IMG/VR virus record: IMGVR_UViG_3300020175_000005
Coordinates: 1 to 64,000 of that record
DNA length: 64,000 bases
Reading direction: 5' to 3' (one strand)
Source: a virus
Positions 1-10,328 of this stretch are shown piece by piece. How positions within the stretch are numbered: the stretch's first letter is position 1; the number at the start of each line of letters is the position of its first letter. The position numbers were made by a program, and so were the translations under genes. The notes beneath the pieces were generated by a model that did not search any database, was not told where the DNA came from, and saw only the letters and a program-made list of their open reading frames with translations.

Positions 1-1
1 C

Positions 2-604
2 AATACCAAAGTTATCATAGTCTATTGTTTCAAAGTCCATTCTTAGCACACCGTTTGGTGTTTGCGCCGTTGCTACAAACTCTTGTGAGTCACTAGGACC
101 TTTAAGATTGAATGGATAAGGATTGTCTAATGCTTCGTTAAATGCCTGTGTTGTTGCAGCTTTGGCACTTGCACCTGTTGGATGCTTAGGATTGATAGTT
201 ACAACATTGCCGTTCATCATATCACTTACACTAGCACTACGCCCAATCTTATCTAGTAACTGATGTAGTTTATCGTTTGCATCATATCCGTTAGTTTCAT
301 AACCCGGCTTGCCCCGTACTTCTGTGCGCTTACCAGTGTCAGTATCAGTAATGTGTAACACCATCATATCGGTGTCACGTTCTAATTGTAGCTTGTAACC
401 TTCTTCTACTTTCATTAGCTTACTAATGCGAGGCTTGAATAATTTTTGATCACCTTTGGTAGTTTTCAGCACAGGATGATTATGTTCGTCCTTGTCAAAA
501 CCTTTTACAACCGCTTTACGGTTCTTGAATTTCCCCACACGAACTTCGTCACCTATATTAATAGATGGTAGTTTTAGTGTGTCAGTGATCTCATTTATTT
601 TCAT
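2..604 (-). CDS. hypothetical virion/internal head protein (runs off the window start)
   Basis: Open frame from ATG at 604 (MKINEITDTLKLP...) to the window edge; carries the M-K-I-x-E-I N-terminal motif shared by several genes here. Confidence 0.7.
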   Translation of the reverse strand, partial: MKINEITDTLKLPSINIGDEVRVGKFKNRKAVVKGFDKDEHNHPVLKTTKGDQKLFKPRISKLMKVEEGYKLQLERDTDMMVLHITDTDTGKRTEVRGKPGYETNGYDANDKLHQLLDKIGRSASVSDMMNGNVVTINPKHPTGASAKAATTQAFNEALDNPYPFNLKGPSDSQEFVATAQTPNGVLRMDFETIDYDNFGI

Positions 605-762
605 TTGCCAAACCTATTCATATCAAAACTAGTTTCTGCTCTAGTGCCTTGTAAGCTCTTCATATAGTTTTTCCAATATGTGCTTCTTTCATTAGTACTA
701 GCTCTGCGAGCTTCATGTTCTTTATATACTTTAACGTAATGTTTAATATCAATTTTAGTCAT
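601..762 (-). CDS. hypothetical protein (53 aa)
   Basis: Manual translation MTKIDIKHYVKVYKEHEARR...; overlaps both neighbours (ATGA overlap with the 604 gene). Confidence 0.55.
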   Translation of the reverse strand: MTKIDIKHYVKVYKEHEARRASTNERSTYWKNYMKSLQGTRAETSFDMNRFGK

Positions 763-943
763 TTGCTAATCCCATATTATACAGTGTGTGTACACTACTT
801 TTAACGCCCAGAGGCTTGGGTTTACCATTTCCGCCAAAAAACTTCTTGGCTTCCTTTTCAGTTTGCCCAGGTTTTTTTTCTACTGTGGTATTAACTCCCT
901 GCACAATTTTGCCAACACCTTCTGTGATTTCTACGATTTTCAT
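755..943 (-). CDS. hypothetical late protein
   Basis: MKIVEI N-terminus, AGGAG RBS, TAAATA late promoter upstream (~963-968). Confidence 0.7.
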   Translation of the reverse strand: MKIVEITEGVGKIVQGVNTTVEKKPGQTEKEAKKFFGGNGKPKPLGVKSSVHTLYNMGLAND

Positions 944-954
944 AATAGATCTCC

Positions 955-2148
955 TTATATGTATTTAGTTAAATCTACAAATACTGTCCGCCAGTCAGTG
1001 TTTCTTATATTGTCAAGTTTATCGCAGAAGGATAAGAATTTCTTGTGGGAACGATCATCATAATCATTAATAGTGTCTTTTAGGTAATTAATTAAGTGAT
1101 CAGGAACATTATGCTGTTCGTACAATGTAATTAAATCTTGCTTTGCGGTTGCTGGTAACCAAGCACAGTCCAAGAACTCCGGTGAGCTTAGTATACGAAT
1201 GCTAACCTCATCATGTTTAAAGAAATTTAACAACTCTATAAATGTAAATGCATTTAATACTTGCCAAGTAAGGCTTACTTCCAAGCGTAAATCAGGTATA
1301 CTGTTTCTCAATGTAGATATATTACGTTCTATTATACTCCATTTACTTGGATAGCGTATATAGTCATTTTGTTCGCCATAATCATCCACACTTAAACGTA
1401 GGAATAACTTCTCAAAGTTTGTCCACAAGTCTAAAGCTCTAGTATGTACATTTGTGAGATTTGTGTCATATTCCAGTGTAATGTTTTTACTAACTCCAGC
1501 ATCTACTAACATTTGCAAAAATTCATAATGCTGTTCAATAATAGTAGGCTCGCCACCAACCAGATAAATGTGTTTTATGCTGTGTAGATTTTCTTGTAGT
1601 GCATCCCAAAATGCAGGGCTTTGCCACCAATTGTAAGTTTGATCTAGTTGTTGCTTGTCATCAAAGTAGATTGTTTTTCCGCTGTCAGTAAAATGATCAG
1701 TATCATATACCTTAGCCCAATCTTTATACCACATGCTACTACTTTGTGGTCCACACATTACACATTTTAAGTTACATAAATTTCCAAAACGTATATCCCA
1801 ATACTCAGGGGTTGCGTCTATTGTTCCGTCTGCATGTGTTTGTTCTTGAGCGTTTGCCAATGTATAATGACTGAATACACGATTGCTAAATTTGCGCCTG
1901 GATCCGCCGCCTGCTCGTTCTTTAACCCAGCAAGTGTTACACTCACCTGGTTGTTCATCAGAAAGTAGTTGCAGTCTTATTTTCTTATGAATATCACTGT
2001 TTAATATTGTTTGTGCATCATCAACTGCCCAGTTATGTCCAGTGAGTCCGCCGCTTTCATGGTTGCTCATTAAGCAACAAACCCTGGCGTCACCGTTTGT
2101 TTTAGTGGCTGCATGTATCCAGGGTATTACACAAAAGCTATCAGGCAT
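955..2148 (-). CDS. radical SAM protein with N-terminal SPASM/twitch-like domain
   Basis: CNLKCVMC motif, GGEP motif, N-terminal C...CC...CxxC; start placed at MPDSFC. Confidence 0.9.
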   Translation of the reverse strand: MPDSFCVIPWIHAATKTNGDARVCCLMSNHESGGLTGHNWAVDDAQTILNSDIHKKIRLQLLSDEQPGECNTCWVKERAGGGSRRKFSNRVFSHYTLANAQEQTHADGTIDATPEYWDIRFGNLCNLKCVMCGPQSSSMWYKDWAKVYDTDHFTDSGKTIYFDDKQQLDQTYNWWQSPAFWDALQENLHSIKHIYLVGGEPTIIEQHYEFLQMLVDAGVSKNITLEYDTNLTNVHTRALDLWTNFEKLFLRLSVDDYGEQNDYIRYPSKWSIIERNISTLRNSIPDLRLEVSLTWQVLNAFTFIELLNFFKHDEVSIRILSSPEFLDCAWLPATAKQDLITLYEQHNVPDHLINYLKDTINDYDDRSHKKFLSFCDKLDNIRNTDWRTVFVDLTKYI

Positions 2149-3316
2149 CTGCTCCGAGCCAATCGGAAAGTTCAGTATCAAAGTCTTGTATTTTGACACT
2201 GCCTACTTTTTCCCAATAGTCAACAAAATGCTTTACTTTTTTCTTCCTATCGGGATCAGCATTATGAGGTTTTCGCATCTCATGTATTACGTGCTCAATG
2301 CCTTCAACACCTGCTTTGTTTTCCTCAAAGAATTTTAAACTATCAGCCTTCATATGTTCTGGCAAGTTTTCCATTAATACTTCTGTCTTGTTTACCACAG
2401 GGCGCATTTGTATTTTTGTGCTAGGGTATCTATTGTGTAAATATTCTACTAATTGTGGGACATGTCTAACAGTAAATGCGTTTGCAGTAATGTCCCATAC
2501 ACCAACACCAAAGTGTTTGTGATACTGATCCATGATTACCAGCTTTTCTTCAAAGTTTGTTTCCTGACGAGTAAATTCATCTGCCAGTCCCCATCCATCT
2601 ACACTAAATCTAATCCTGATGTTAATGTCACTAAGTGCCTGCAAATCTTTATCACGTAATAATCTAGTTCCGTTAGTATTGATAACAATCTTAGCACTCG
2701 GAGCAACTGATCCAAGACGTCTTACAGTGTCAGGAAAGTTTCTCAGATAAAATGGTTCGCCACCGGCCAAATATACATGACGTAATGAACTATCAACACT
2801 GCTGATAATATTATTCCAGGCGCCTTCATCTTCAGTCCATTTATAGTTACGAGCATGATATTTGTGTTGCTCTTTTTCTAATGTACCATCCTTCCAGCCA
2901 AAGTGATCGCTCATACCCGGAAGGTGCTTATATAGCAGGTTACTGTTGCCAGCAAAACACATAATACATGCTAGGTTACAAATATTACCTAAACGCAAAT
3001 CAAGTGCATGAATCTTATGATCCTCAAACGGAACATTGTTATTAATCATACCAAGGGTCTTTTGTCTAAAACTTCTTACACCATTTCTTTCAGGCTCATA
3101 GCATTTAAAACAACCAGAAACTTCATCACCACGAGCCATTTCGTCTCTCACAGCGTTCATTTCTGGAGAGTTCCAAATGTCAATTAGTCGATGTTCGCTA
3201 ATATGATATTGTGTTAGTTTATTTTTTAGATTTTTGCAGCACATTGCTACATAACCATCGTTATCTATGAACGAATAATTGTTCATAAAGATACAATACT
3301 TTGCGGGGTCTATCAT
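2141..3316 (-). CDS. radical SAM protein with N-terminal SPASM/twitch-like domain
   Basis: CNLACIMC, GGEPF, NTNGT; paralog of the adjacent gene. Confidence 0.9.
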   Translation of the reverse strand: MIDPAKYCIFMNNYSFIDNDGYVAMCCKNLKNKLTQYHISEHRLIDIWNSPEMNAVRDEMARGDEVSGCFKCYEPERNGVRSFRQKTLGMINNNVPFEDHKIHALDLRLGNICNLACIMCFAGNSNLLYKHLPGMSDHFGWKDGTLEKEQHKYHARNYKWTEDEGAWNNIISSVDSSLRHVYLAGGEPFYLRNFPDTVRRLGSVAPSAKIVINTNGTRLLRDKDLQALSDINIRIRFSVDGWGLADEFTRQETNFEEKLVIMDQYHKHFGVGVWDITANAFTVRHVPQLVEYLHNRYPSTKIQMRPVVNKTEVLMENLPEHMKADSLKFFEENKAGVEGIEHVIHEMRKPHNADPDRKKKVKHFVDYWEKVGSVKIQDFDTELSDWLGADA

Positions 3317-3326
3317 GATGTCCTCG

Positions 3327-5123
3327 TTATTTTAATTCGTCTGGAATTCCCATGCTTTGGATCTGTCCATTATCCATAAAGGATTTAACGATTTTAGTTT
3401 GTAGTTCTGGGCTATAGTTTTTTTTAATAGATGCTAACAGAGTTTCAAAACTATCTAAACTCTCTGGGCCATCCAAATTAAGTGTTTGTGCAATTTCTTC
3501 TGCACTTTTAAATGGTCCACTAATTATAACATTTTTGTTCTTTTTTGTATAGCCTGTTCCTGCTTTATTTGGTACTGGAGTTCGTTTAACTCGAATTAGC
3601 CCATCTGTTGGGCTCCACATCCAGCGTTCACTCACTTCTGGGCGTCCGTCCGGAATTTGTTCTGGGCTATTGTTTATATCAAAAGAAGCAGCAATTGCAG
3701 CAATCATTATATTACGATATACACCTTTATACTTACTGTCTTTTTCGTGTGGGCTATGATAATATGTTTTTAGCCAATCTGGATCTCCAGGCATAAAGTC
3801 TACTTGTACAAAGCCAGTACGTGGACGTCCATCTGATTTTTCTTCGTCATAATTAGCAATTCTAACTTTGGTCATAATCACAGAGCTTTTTGCAATATCC
3901 ATAATAAGTGGATTAGCTTTTAATTTTTCAACAAACTCTGGTATCTGGTCAGCGTCAATCTTTAATGCTACATCAATGTCTCCACTGAACTCTCTCTTGC
4001 CAACACTGCCCAGTGCATTGTTTACTAAATCAACACCAACTGATTTTTCTAGCTCACGCAATGTAGGTTCAATTTCATCAATATGAATTGCACCAACACC
4101 TGGCATACTGCCGCCTTCCATTAACATTTTTTTAAATGTATTAGTTGACTCATTTACAAACTTTTGATTATAAGCTGCTTCAAGCTCTTTGGAGTTTACA
4201 CCGTTGAACGCACGGGAAATATCAAATGCATATCCGCCAATACTTTGCTTATTGCCTTTTGATGTCACCAATCTATGCAATGCATCTAACGCCGCTTGCA
4301 TAAATTTTTCACGTTGTGAAGGTATATCTTCATTCTGTGGAATTGCATAATCAGCAATACGCTGACCTGTATTGCCAATAGTTGACTTGACTTTCTTGCG
4401 TAGTTGATTTAGTTTTTTTAGTCCTTTGCCAGTCTTTAGCGCAACTTTAAACATACCAACTAGTACATCAACACTTGTCTTTGCTACAACTGCCATAATG
4501 ATTAGTTCTGCTAACGGAGGCAATGATCCAAAATCTTCAGCAATCGTGTTTTCATTGATTTCCTGATTAATTAAATATCTATAATAATCTGCCTGTTGAT
4601 TATTAATATCCACAGGTTTGCCATTTTGATATGCTTCTATGTCTAGATAATCTTTTGCTACATTGGGATGATTTGAGCGTTGCCAATGGATTTCAACATT
4701 ATTTTTTTCATCTTTATAAACACCAGATTGATTATCATTCTCAACTGCAAATTCCTTATTAGACGACTTGAAGTCTTTTTTGCGCATAACTGTTTTAGCA
4801 ACTAGTTCTAGCATACCACTTCCGCTATTCCAGTTCAATACAAACGGAAGATTAATGTCACTTGACATATCTTTCATTACCGCCTGTGCGTCTGGACCCA
4901 TCTGCGCAATAGGCTTTGCATACTTCTGAAATTCTTTTTTAAATAAAACTGCCAGTTCTTGAATTGTGATTTGTCTCACGTTACGTTCATCATTTACTCG
5001 ATCTAGAAAATGTCTTGTAAACTCAACATCAATGCCCACTTGAGCAAATACTCTATCTAGAACAGTTTCTAAACTGTCAATTTGTGCCTGTGTGACTGGC
5101 TGGTCTACTTCATTGATTCTCAT
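3327..5123 (-). CDS. multidomain probable virion protein with C-terminal Pol-beta-like nucleotidyltransferase domain
   Basis: LGSVGKREFSGDIDV (hGS-x-D-h-D) and a third acidic residue in VQVD; MRINEV N-terminus. Confidence 0.65.
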   Translation of the reverse strand: MRINEVDQPVTQAQIDSLETVLDRVFAQVGIDVEFTRHFLDRVNDERNVRQITIQELAVLFKKEFQKYAKPIAQMGPDAQAVMKDMSSDINLPFVLNWNSGSGMLELVAKTVMRKKDFKSSNKEFAVENDNQSGVYKDEKNNVEIHWQRSNHPNVAKDYLDIEAYQNGKPVDINNQQADYYRYLINQEINENTIAEDFGSLPPLAELIIMAVVAKTSVDVLVGMFKVALKTGKGLKKLNQLRKKVKSTIGNTGQRIADYAIPQNEDIPSQREKFMQAALDALHRLVTSKGNKQSIGGYAFDISRAFNGVNSKELEAAYNQKFVNESTNTFKKMLMEGGSMPGVGAIHIDEIEPTLRELEKSVGVDLVNNALGSVGKREFSGDIDVALKIDADQIPEFVEKLKANPLIMDIAKSSVIMTKVRIANYDEEKSDGRPRTGFVQVDFMPGDPDWLKTYYHSPHEKDSKYKGVYRNIMIAAIAASFDINNSPEQIPDGRPEVSERWMWSPTDGLIRVKRTPVPNKAGTGYTKKNKNVIISGPFKSAEEIAQTLNLDGPESLDSFETLLASIKKNYSPELQTKIVKSFMDNGQIQSMGIPDELK

Positions 5124-5344
5124 TTTTTATCCTTTACTGGCTTTTCTCCAGTTAGATAAGGTTTACTAAACCACAATTTAAACCATTCATCGGTGCCTGG
5201 TTTAATATCACGCTCACGTTGAATCCTGCCTTTATCACTACCAACAATACTAATATTGCTGCCGTCAGACTTTTCAACCTTTTCACCGTCCTTGTCTAAG
5301 ATGCCGGCAAGGCGTTGTAATTTATAAATCTCATCTAATTTCAT
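5120..5344 (-). CDS. conserved phage hypothetical protein
   Basis: LQRLAGI and IKPGTDEWFKLWF motifs; TATAAATA immediately upstream. Confidence 0.75.
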   Translation of the reverse strand: MKLDEIYKLQRLAGILDKDGEKVEKSDGSNISIVGSDKGRIQRERDIKPGTDEWFKLWFSKPYLTGEKPVKDKK

Positions 5345-5357
5345 ATATGTATTTATA

Positions 5358-6080
5358 CTAAAAGGCTAGTATCTCATTCCAGGACATGTTTGCAATATCT
5401 TGTAATTCTGGATGACTGCATTGGTTGATGAAATTATAATCATCAATTTCCTTCTCCCAGGTGTCAATTAAATTATGCTTTCCAACAAACAAATCTACTT
5501 CTGGGCGCATAGCTTCAATTAACTGACTAAAATCTTTATTAAGCAATTTGCCAATATCTATAACCGAAAATCTATCATTTAGTTCTGACATAAGTGCAAC
5601 TTCACTGTTGTTCTTTTTAATCAGACGCTTGATTAATCTCGGTGTATCAATAGCTTGTGCATAATCCTGTGAATCTGCTGCTCCGATACTAAACTCCATC
5701 AATAAGTGGTGGTGCCTTGTACTAGACTGTGTCAAATCTATACATGCTGTAAGAAATATATCATCTGGATAATACTCTAATATTTTATTGGGATCAGTGG
5801 TATTAAAGTAAAGTGGAAGTTTTTTACCATTGGTCATTTCTTTAAATTCTGCCAGTCGATCTTCCTTTAATTGGTATCTGATATGCTGATTATAGAAACG
5901 CTCAATGTTGAGGTTATTGTGACCAAATACCCAACCATCGCTGTGTCTTGCGTAAAGTCCATATGGGCCTGGATACAATTGCCACATTGGTTTAATGTAA
6001 TCATACTCATTATAATAGATAGACACTAGTCTATTAATTAATTCATTTAAAGTATGTCCTGGACCAGCAGTGTATATCAT
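5358..6080 (-). CDS. hypothetical protein, possibly sulfotransferase-like fold
   Basis: 240-aa ORF with N-terminal Gly-rich loop (AGPGHT); weak family assignment. Confidence 0.55.
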   Translation of the reverse strand: MIYTAGPGHTLNELINRLVSIYYNEYDYIKPMWQLYPGPYGLYARHSDGWVFGHNNLNIERFYNQHIRYQLKEDRLAEFKEMTNGKKLPLYFNTTDPNKILEYYPDDIFLTACIDLTQSSTRHHHLLMEFSIGAADSQDYAQAIDTPRLIKRLIKKNNSEVALMSELNDRFSVIDIGKLLNKDFSQLIEAMRPEVDLFVGKHNLIDTWEKEIDDYNFINQCSHPELQDIANMSWNEILAF

Positions 6081-6128
6081 AATGTTTACTCCATCAACCT
6101 TCTGTTAGCAAGATTATATATTTTTTTC

Positions 6129-7157
6129 TTAAATGTCATTAGCTTCAAACGGAATACTTGCCAAGTTCTTGGCTTTTGCTTCTACCATAATGTCAAAGTT
6201 TTCACGGAAGCTACTCGCCCACTCGTTAACTGCGCTATTCCACATATAATCACTGTGGGCTCTTAGTTTGCCTTTTTTGAAGCCTTGTTCTTCAAGCGCC
6301 GCAAAGTCTGGTTTTTGTGTCGTTGAGTGACCGGCCAGAAGATCTGCTCTACTAACACTATAATGCATAGCAGGCCTAACACCACGCCAGCTATCAATAA
6401 CACGTTTAATTCTATCATCTGTGGGTTCAATATATTCTCCTCTGCTGTGACACCAGTGGTGATGGATGTCTACAACCAGTGCAACATCCTTCTCTAGCTC
6501 TAGGCTAGAATCCAAACCCCAGGCGTTTTCGTCGTTTTCAATAGTAATACAGTTTCGTGCTTCTGGAGACAATCTTGGTAAGACGGCTTTGATACCGGCT
6601 GGACCTTGACGTCCTGAGATGTGGACGTTACACTTGAAGTCTTGCCAGTCTTTACCATAGCCCATCCACCTGATGATATCCGCATGATATTCAAACTCCT
6701 CTACACTTCTATTTACTATTTCAGGATTGTCACTAGCTAGCACAGTAAATTGTCCTGGGTGCATACTAACACGGACGTCTTGTTTGCGAGCAAGTTCGCC
6801 TACCTGTGCCCAACCTCGAGCAGCCATTTCACGAACGTCATTGCGATGATAAAAATGCCGCCAATCCGTATGTGTGTAAGCTGGCATCATGTTACTGCCT
6901 AGGCGTACCATGCGCTGTCCTTGTGGCAAGTTGCCCACATACTCGATTAGTCGATATGCATTCTGCCAGTTAGCATCTGTGCAATCCCACAGTTTCTGTT
7001 CAGCTACTTCGCGAATTTGTCGATTAAGCCAAGTAATAGTTGTACTCTTTTCGCTGTATGCGCCTTGGATTTCTTTGAGTATCTTGGGCTTTTGTGTTTG
7101 ATCTGGATGCATATACTTGCATGCAAAACCTACACGGCTAATATTAGGATTAAACAT
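6129..7157 (-). CDS. uvsE: UV damage repair endonuclease
   Basis: RVGFACK, RLGS, SMHPGQFTVLAS, IENDE, DIHHH, RAHSD and EAK motifs. Confidence 0.93.
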   Translation of the reverse strand: MFNPNISRVGFACKYMHPDQTQKPKILKEIQGAYSEKSTTITWLNRQIREVAEQKLWDCTDANWQNAYRLIEYVGNLPQGQRMVRLGSNMMPAYTHTDWRHFYHRNDVREMAARGWAQVGELARKQDVRVSMHPGQFTVLASDNPEIVNRSVEEFEYHADIIRWMGYGKDWQDFKCNVHISGRQGPAGIKAVLPRLSPEARNCITIENDENAWGLDSSLELEKDVALVVDIHHHWCHSRGEYIEPTDDRIKRVIDSWRGVRPAMHYSVSRADLLAGHSTTQKPDFAALEEQGFKKGKLRAHSDYMWNSAVNEWASSFRENFDIMVEAKAKNLASIPFEANDI

Positions 7158-7428
7158 TTTGCATTACCTTATTATAGAATTTGCGGTGAGCAGCAATAAA
7201 CTGCGGAGAATTCATTTTAGGTAGTAAGTTGTGGATAAATTCTTTTGACTGTGTAAATTGCGCATACAACGTATTATACAATGATTCTGAAAAAGGTGCA
7301 ACAACAAATGCTTGCTTACCCCAAATTTCTTGGGCAGACACATATTCTTGTTTTGTTAACACTTTGCTGGTGTGCAATCCGGTTAAGCAAGGGTTAGTGA
7401 CAATGTAGGCTGGCATATTGTTTGACAT
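7150..7428 (-). CDS. hypothetical early protein
   Basis: AGGAG RBS; lies downstream of an early promoter. Confidence 0.65.
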   Translation of the reverse strand: MSNNMPAYIVTNPCLTGLHTSKVLTKQEYVSAQEIWGKQAFVVAPFSESLYNTLYAQFTQSKEFIHNLLPKMNSPQFIAAHRKFYNKVMQNV

Positions 7429-7459
7429 AAGATTCTCCTGAATATCTTTCTATGTATTT

Positions 7460-7534
7460 AATATACACTAAGACATCTTGGTTGTCAAGAAAAAAACGCA
7501 AGAAAGAATCCTGCGTTTTCTCAATGGGTTGTAA
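7460..7534 (-). promoter_or_regulatory. early promoter cassette (hairpin + TTGACA-17-TATATT)
   Basis: -35 at 7483-7488, -10 at 7460-7465, spacer CAAGATGTCTT, upstream hairpin and AACCCATTGA motif. Confidence 0.8.
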
Positions 7535-7645
7535 ATTAATTTATAAAAATTTTATATTATCTATTCGCAAGCTATTGAAGGTTCCAATAAAACAGTTCGA
7601 TCTGCCATTGTATGCTCCTGTTTTAGGTATTTATTGTTTTAGGTT

Positions 7646-8500
7646 TTATAACCACTTTGGCTTTTTTATTTTGGGAGGTTTGATTTTTGGTGGATTGGTA
7701 ATAATGGTTTCAATTGGCTTTGTAACATTTTGAATTGGTTTAGTAACAGTATCAACTACGTCTTTTACTGGTGCAACCACTTCTTTTATTGGTTCTACTA
7801 TTGGTGTTACTTTATCTACCGTGTCATCGACTAGGCCCATAACTGGTTCTACAGTCATATCATATACTGGATCAACATCAACTGTTACTGTGCCGCCTGT
7901 TTTAACTCCTGCAATTAAAGCAATGTTTACATCGCCACCAACTGTAATTGGTTTACTGTCTTTGTTCCAGTCCGGCACTTGATAACCGCCACCAATTTTT
8001 GCTCCAACTTGAGTACCAACACTCACTGAGGTATCATTGTTTACTGCAAATGGAATTAGTCCATCATTGGTATAATAGGTTCTAGCACCGGCACCTGCTT
8101 TTGCACCTGCAATTGCGCCACCTTCGAACCAGCACCCGTCTTTGCCAACGTTTGCGCTGGCACCAGCCCAAGCGTACAATTCAGCATAGGCGTATAGTTC
8201 TACTCCTGCTGCATGATTGCCATGTTCCATTTCTGCTTTGATTGCTGCTTCGCAACGAAGTTTGGCTTCTGCTACTGCTTCGAGGTACAAGTTGTCGTTA
8301 CGATAACCAATGCCATATTTTGCAGTTGCATTTGCTTCTGCGTTCATAAGTGCTTTGCCTGTTAGAACAGTACCATCAGGACTGGTCCACTGCCCTTGAG
8401 CATTTACATAGATGCCAGCCCCGGCTCTGTATTCGCCGTTTAGACTTGTATCTGTGTTGTCTGTGCCTCCGCTAGCACCTGCGTCTGCGTTAATTGGCAT
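7646..8500 (-). CDS. Gly/Ala-rich hypothetical protein
   Basis: AEAKL..AYAWAGASA..AGAKAG-type repeats; V/P-rich repetitive C-terminus. Confidence 0.75.
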   Translation of the reverse strand: MPINADAGASGGTDNTDTSLNGEYRAGAGIYVNAQGQWTSPDGTVLTGKALMNAEANATAKYGIGYRNDNLYLEAVAEAKLRCEAAIKAEMEHGNHAAGVELYAYAELYAWAGASANVGKDGCWFEGGAIAGAKAGAGARTYYTNDGLIPFAVNNDTSVSVGTQVGAKIGGGYQVPDWNKDSKPITVGGDVNIALIAGVKTGGTVTVDVDPVYDMTVEPVMGLVDDTVDKVTPIVEPIKEVVAPVKDVVDTVTKPIQNVTKPIETIITNPPKIKPPKIKKPKWL

Positions 8501-8567
8501 TATTTTTCCATCCTTATTTAAAGTTCTTTTACTTTGAGTTCCAACCGTTCGTTTAACTTACTCTTAT

Positions 8568-8640
8568 AATATAGCACTAAGACGTCCTATTGTCAAGCAG
8601 AAAGCCAATAAAAGTATCCTTGGCTTTCAATGGGTTGTAA
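8568..8640 (-). promoter_or_regulatory. early promoter cassette
   Basis: -35 at 8591-8596, -10 at 8568-8573, spacer AGGACGTCTT, upstream hairpin. Confidence 0.8.
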
Positions 8641-8646
8641 AATAAT

Positions 8647-9096
8647 TTAAATATTTTGATTACTGGGTGTCAAGTTATCGCCGTTTTCAATAGTCTTGAT
8701 ATTGTGGCAATTACTGCAAAGTGTTACCAAGTTTTCTGGCTCATTATTTTCATGATTTCCATCAATATGATCTACTGTTAGTGCAGCACGTAACAAACTG
8801 TTATATTTTTTGGGATCACTTTCTTTGTACTTGCTTACTCGCGGCAACAATGCAGGATCCCATCCACAATCATTACATGTTGATTGGCGTAGCTGACTGT
8901 ATACCTTGGCTGGAGTAGCCATACCACCAAATGTCGCAAAGTTGCGCTGATGTGTGTCGCAGTATTCTTTCTCACCAGGCCCCTTCCACAATGTTAAATG
9001 ATCAGTACAACCTGGTGCTTTGCACTTTCCACGTAATGCAGATTTCATTTCCGATGTTGATTTACGAATACGGTCTGTTGCTTCACGAATAGACAT
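8647..9096 (-). CDS. HNH endonuclease family protein
   Basis: CxxC ... VDHIDGNHENN..NLVTLCSNCH. Confidence 0.88.
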   Translation of the reverse strand: MSIREATDRIRKSTSEMKSALRGKCKAPGCTDHLTLWKGPGEKEYCDTHQRNFATFGGMATPAKVYSQLRQSTCNDCGWDPALLPRVSKYKESDPKKYNSLLRAALTVDHIDGNHENNEPENLVTLCSNCHNIKTIENGDNLTPSNQNI

Positions 9097-10262
9097 TATG
9101 CTAAGTCCTCTGCGGTAAAATTAAACTGTTCATCAAACACTGGAAGCTTCTGACTAAATCCAGCATTTGCAAGTGCTTTGGCAATCCATACTGGGCCCAC
9201 TATCGTTTGGTTACAACGATATGTTTTGCCAGGTGTCATACGCTCTGCCGCTTGTTCGATAGCAACATGATTCTGATATGCAGTTTGTACTTTGCGATGC
9301 TTTACGCTACCAACTGCCCATGTGTTGCCTGTGATTATTGCCAACAACTTAGCCATTTCATCCAAGTATTCATCAGTAACTACAATGCCGTCATTCATAC
9401 ATTGCCGCACAAAGTGGCTCATGTTATCAATCTCCAATGCAATAAAAGGATTGGTGCTGTTGCTGACACTGTGAAAATACATCACACGCTCAAATACTTC
9501 GACTGGAAAGTTACGGTTCATAACTTCTGTCATACGTGACCATGCACCTGGGCGCTGTTCGTCGCCAAACTTATCACTAGTAGCAAAGAATCCGTAATTC
9601 TCAAAGTACTCTTGTAGTTTTACACAACGTTGATTCCAGAAGTCAGTAAGTCCATCATGACGGAACCCTGCTACATATTGCTTGTACAAGTCAATTGCTT
9701 CCAATTTTTTACTTGTGCGTCCGCTGTTAAACTCTACAAAGCGGCGGCGGATTGCAGCCCGATCATCACCTGGATATTGGTCAACTGGCACAGTTACTAG
9801 CTCTGGCATGACACCAAAACCATAAACACCAATAATGTATAATGCAATTGCAGTATGTTGTCCGTCCCATGCAACATGTCGAGTTGTTTCGCCGTCTTTA
9901 CGCTTGGTATCCAAATAAGTACGGATACGGTTAACAAAGTCTGGATTAAACTCGCTTACAATATCAATTAAATTTTCGCGATCTGGCCACCGCTGCATTG
10001 TATCGTTAATATCGATATTCGTAACAGGAACATACTGGATCTCTCCCATACCAACAATATCTTTAACCATATCATTATATGTTTCATAACCCATCGCTGA
10101 TACCATGCCTTTTGCCAAGCTGCGGAACAATGTTTCCAAGTCGCTGTCTTTGGCATAAAGTTCTTGCAGGCGCTGGTCAACTGTTACAAACAAATCTTCA
10201 TCGGTGTGATATGTTTGGTTAATTTGCGCTGCATATGATTGTTGTGTTGTAAATGACATCAT
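9096..10262 (-). CDS. ParB/Srx-like (DGQH motif) protein
   Basis: VAWDGQHT motif; start moved to MMSFTT because a promoter lies at 10294-10322. Confidence 0.65.
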   Translation of the reverse strand: MMSFTTQQSYAAQINQTYHTDEDLFVTVDQRLQELYAKDSDLETLFRSLAKGMVSAMGYETYNDMVKDIVGMGEIQYVPVTNIDINDTMQRWPDRENLIDIVSEFNPDFVNRIRTYLDTKRKDGETTRHVAWDGQHTAIALYIIGVYGFGVMPELVTVPVDQYPGDDRAAIRRRFVEFNSGRTSKKLEAIDLYKQYVAGFRHDGLTDFWNQRCVKLQEYFENYGFFATSDKFGDEQRPGAWSRMTEVMNRNFPVEVFERVMYFHSVSNSTNPFIALEIDNMSHFVRQCMNDGIVVTDEYLDEMAKLLAIITGNTWAVGSVKHRKVQTAYQNHVAIEQAAERMTPGKTYRCNQTIVGPVWIAKALANAGFSQKLPVFDEQFNFTAEDLA

Positions 10263-10293
10263 ATTCTTGTCTTTCTTTTTCTCTCTTGTGTTC

Positions 10294-10322
10294 ACTATAG
10301 CAGTAAAGTGTCTTGGTGTCAA
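10294..10322 (-). promoter_or_regulatory. early promoter
   Basis: TTGACA (10317-10322), 17 nt, TATAGT (10294-10299); CAAGACAC in the spacer. Confidence 0.7.
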
Positions 10323-10328
10323 GTAAAA

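Noticed and set aside
8647-9096. Intron- or intein-encoded homing element
   Set aside because: The HNH gene is free-standing and coupled to the upstream ORF; no interrupted host gene or intron core was seen.
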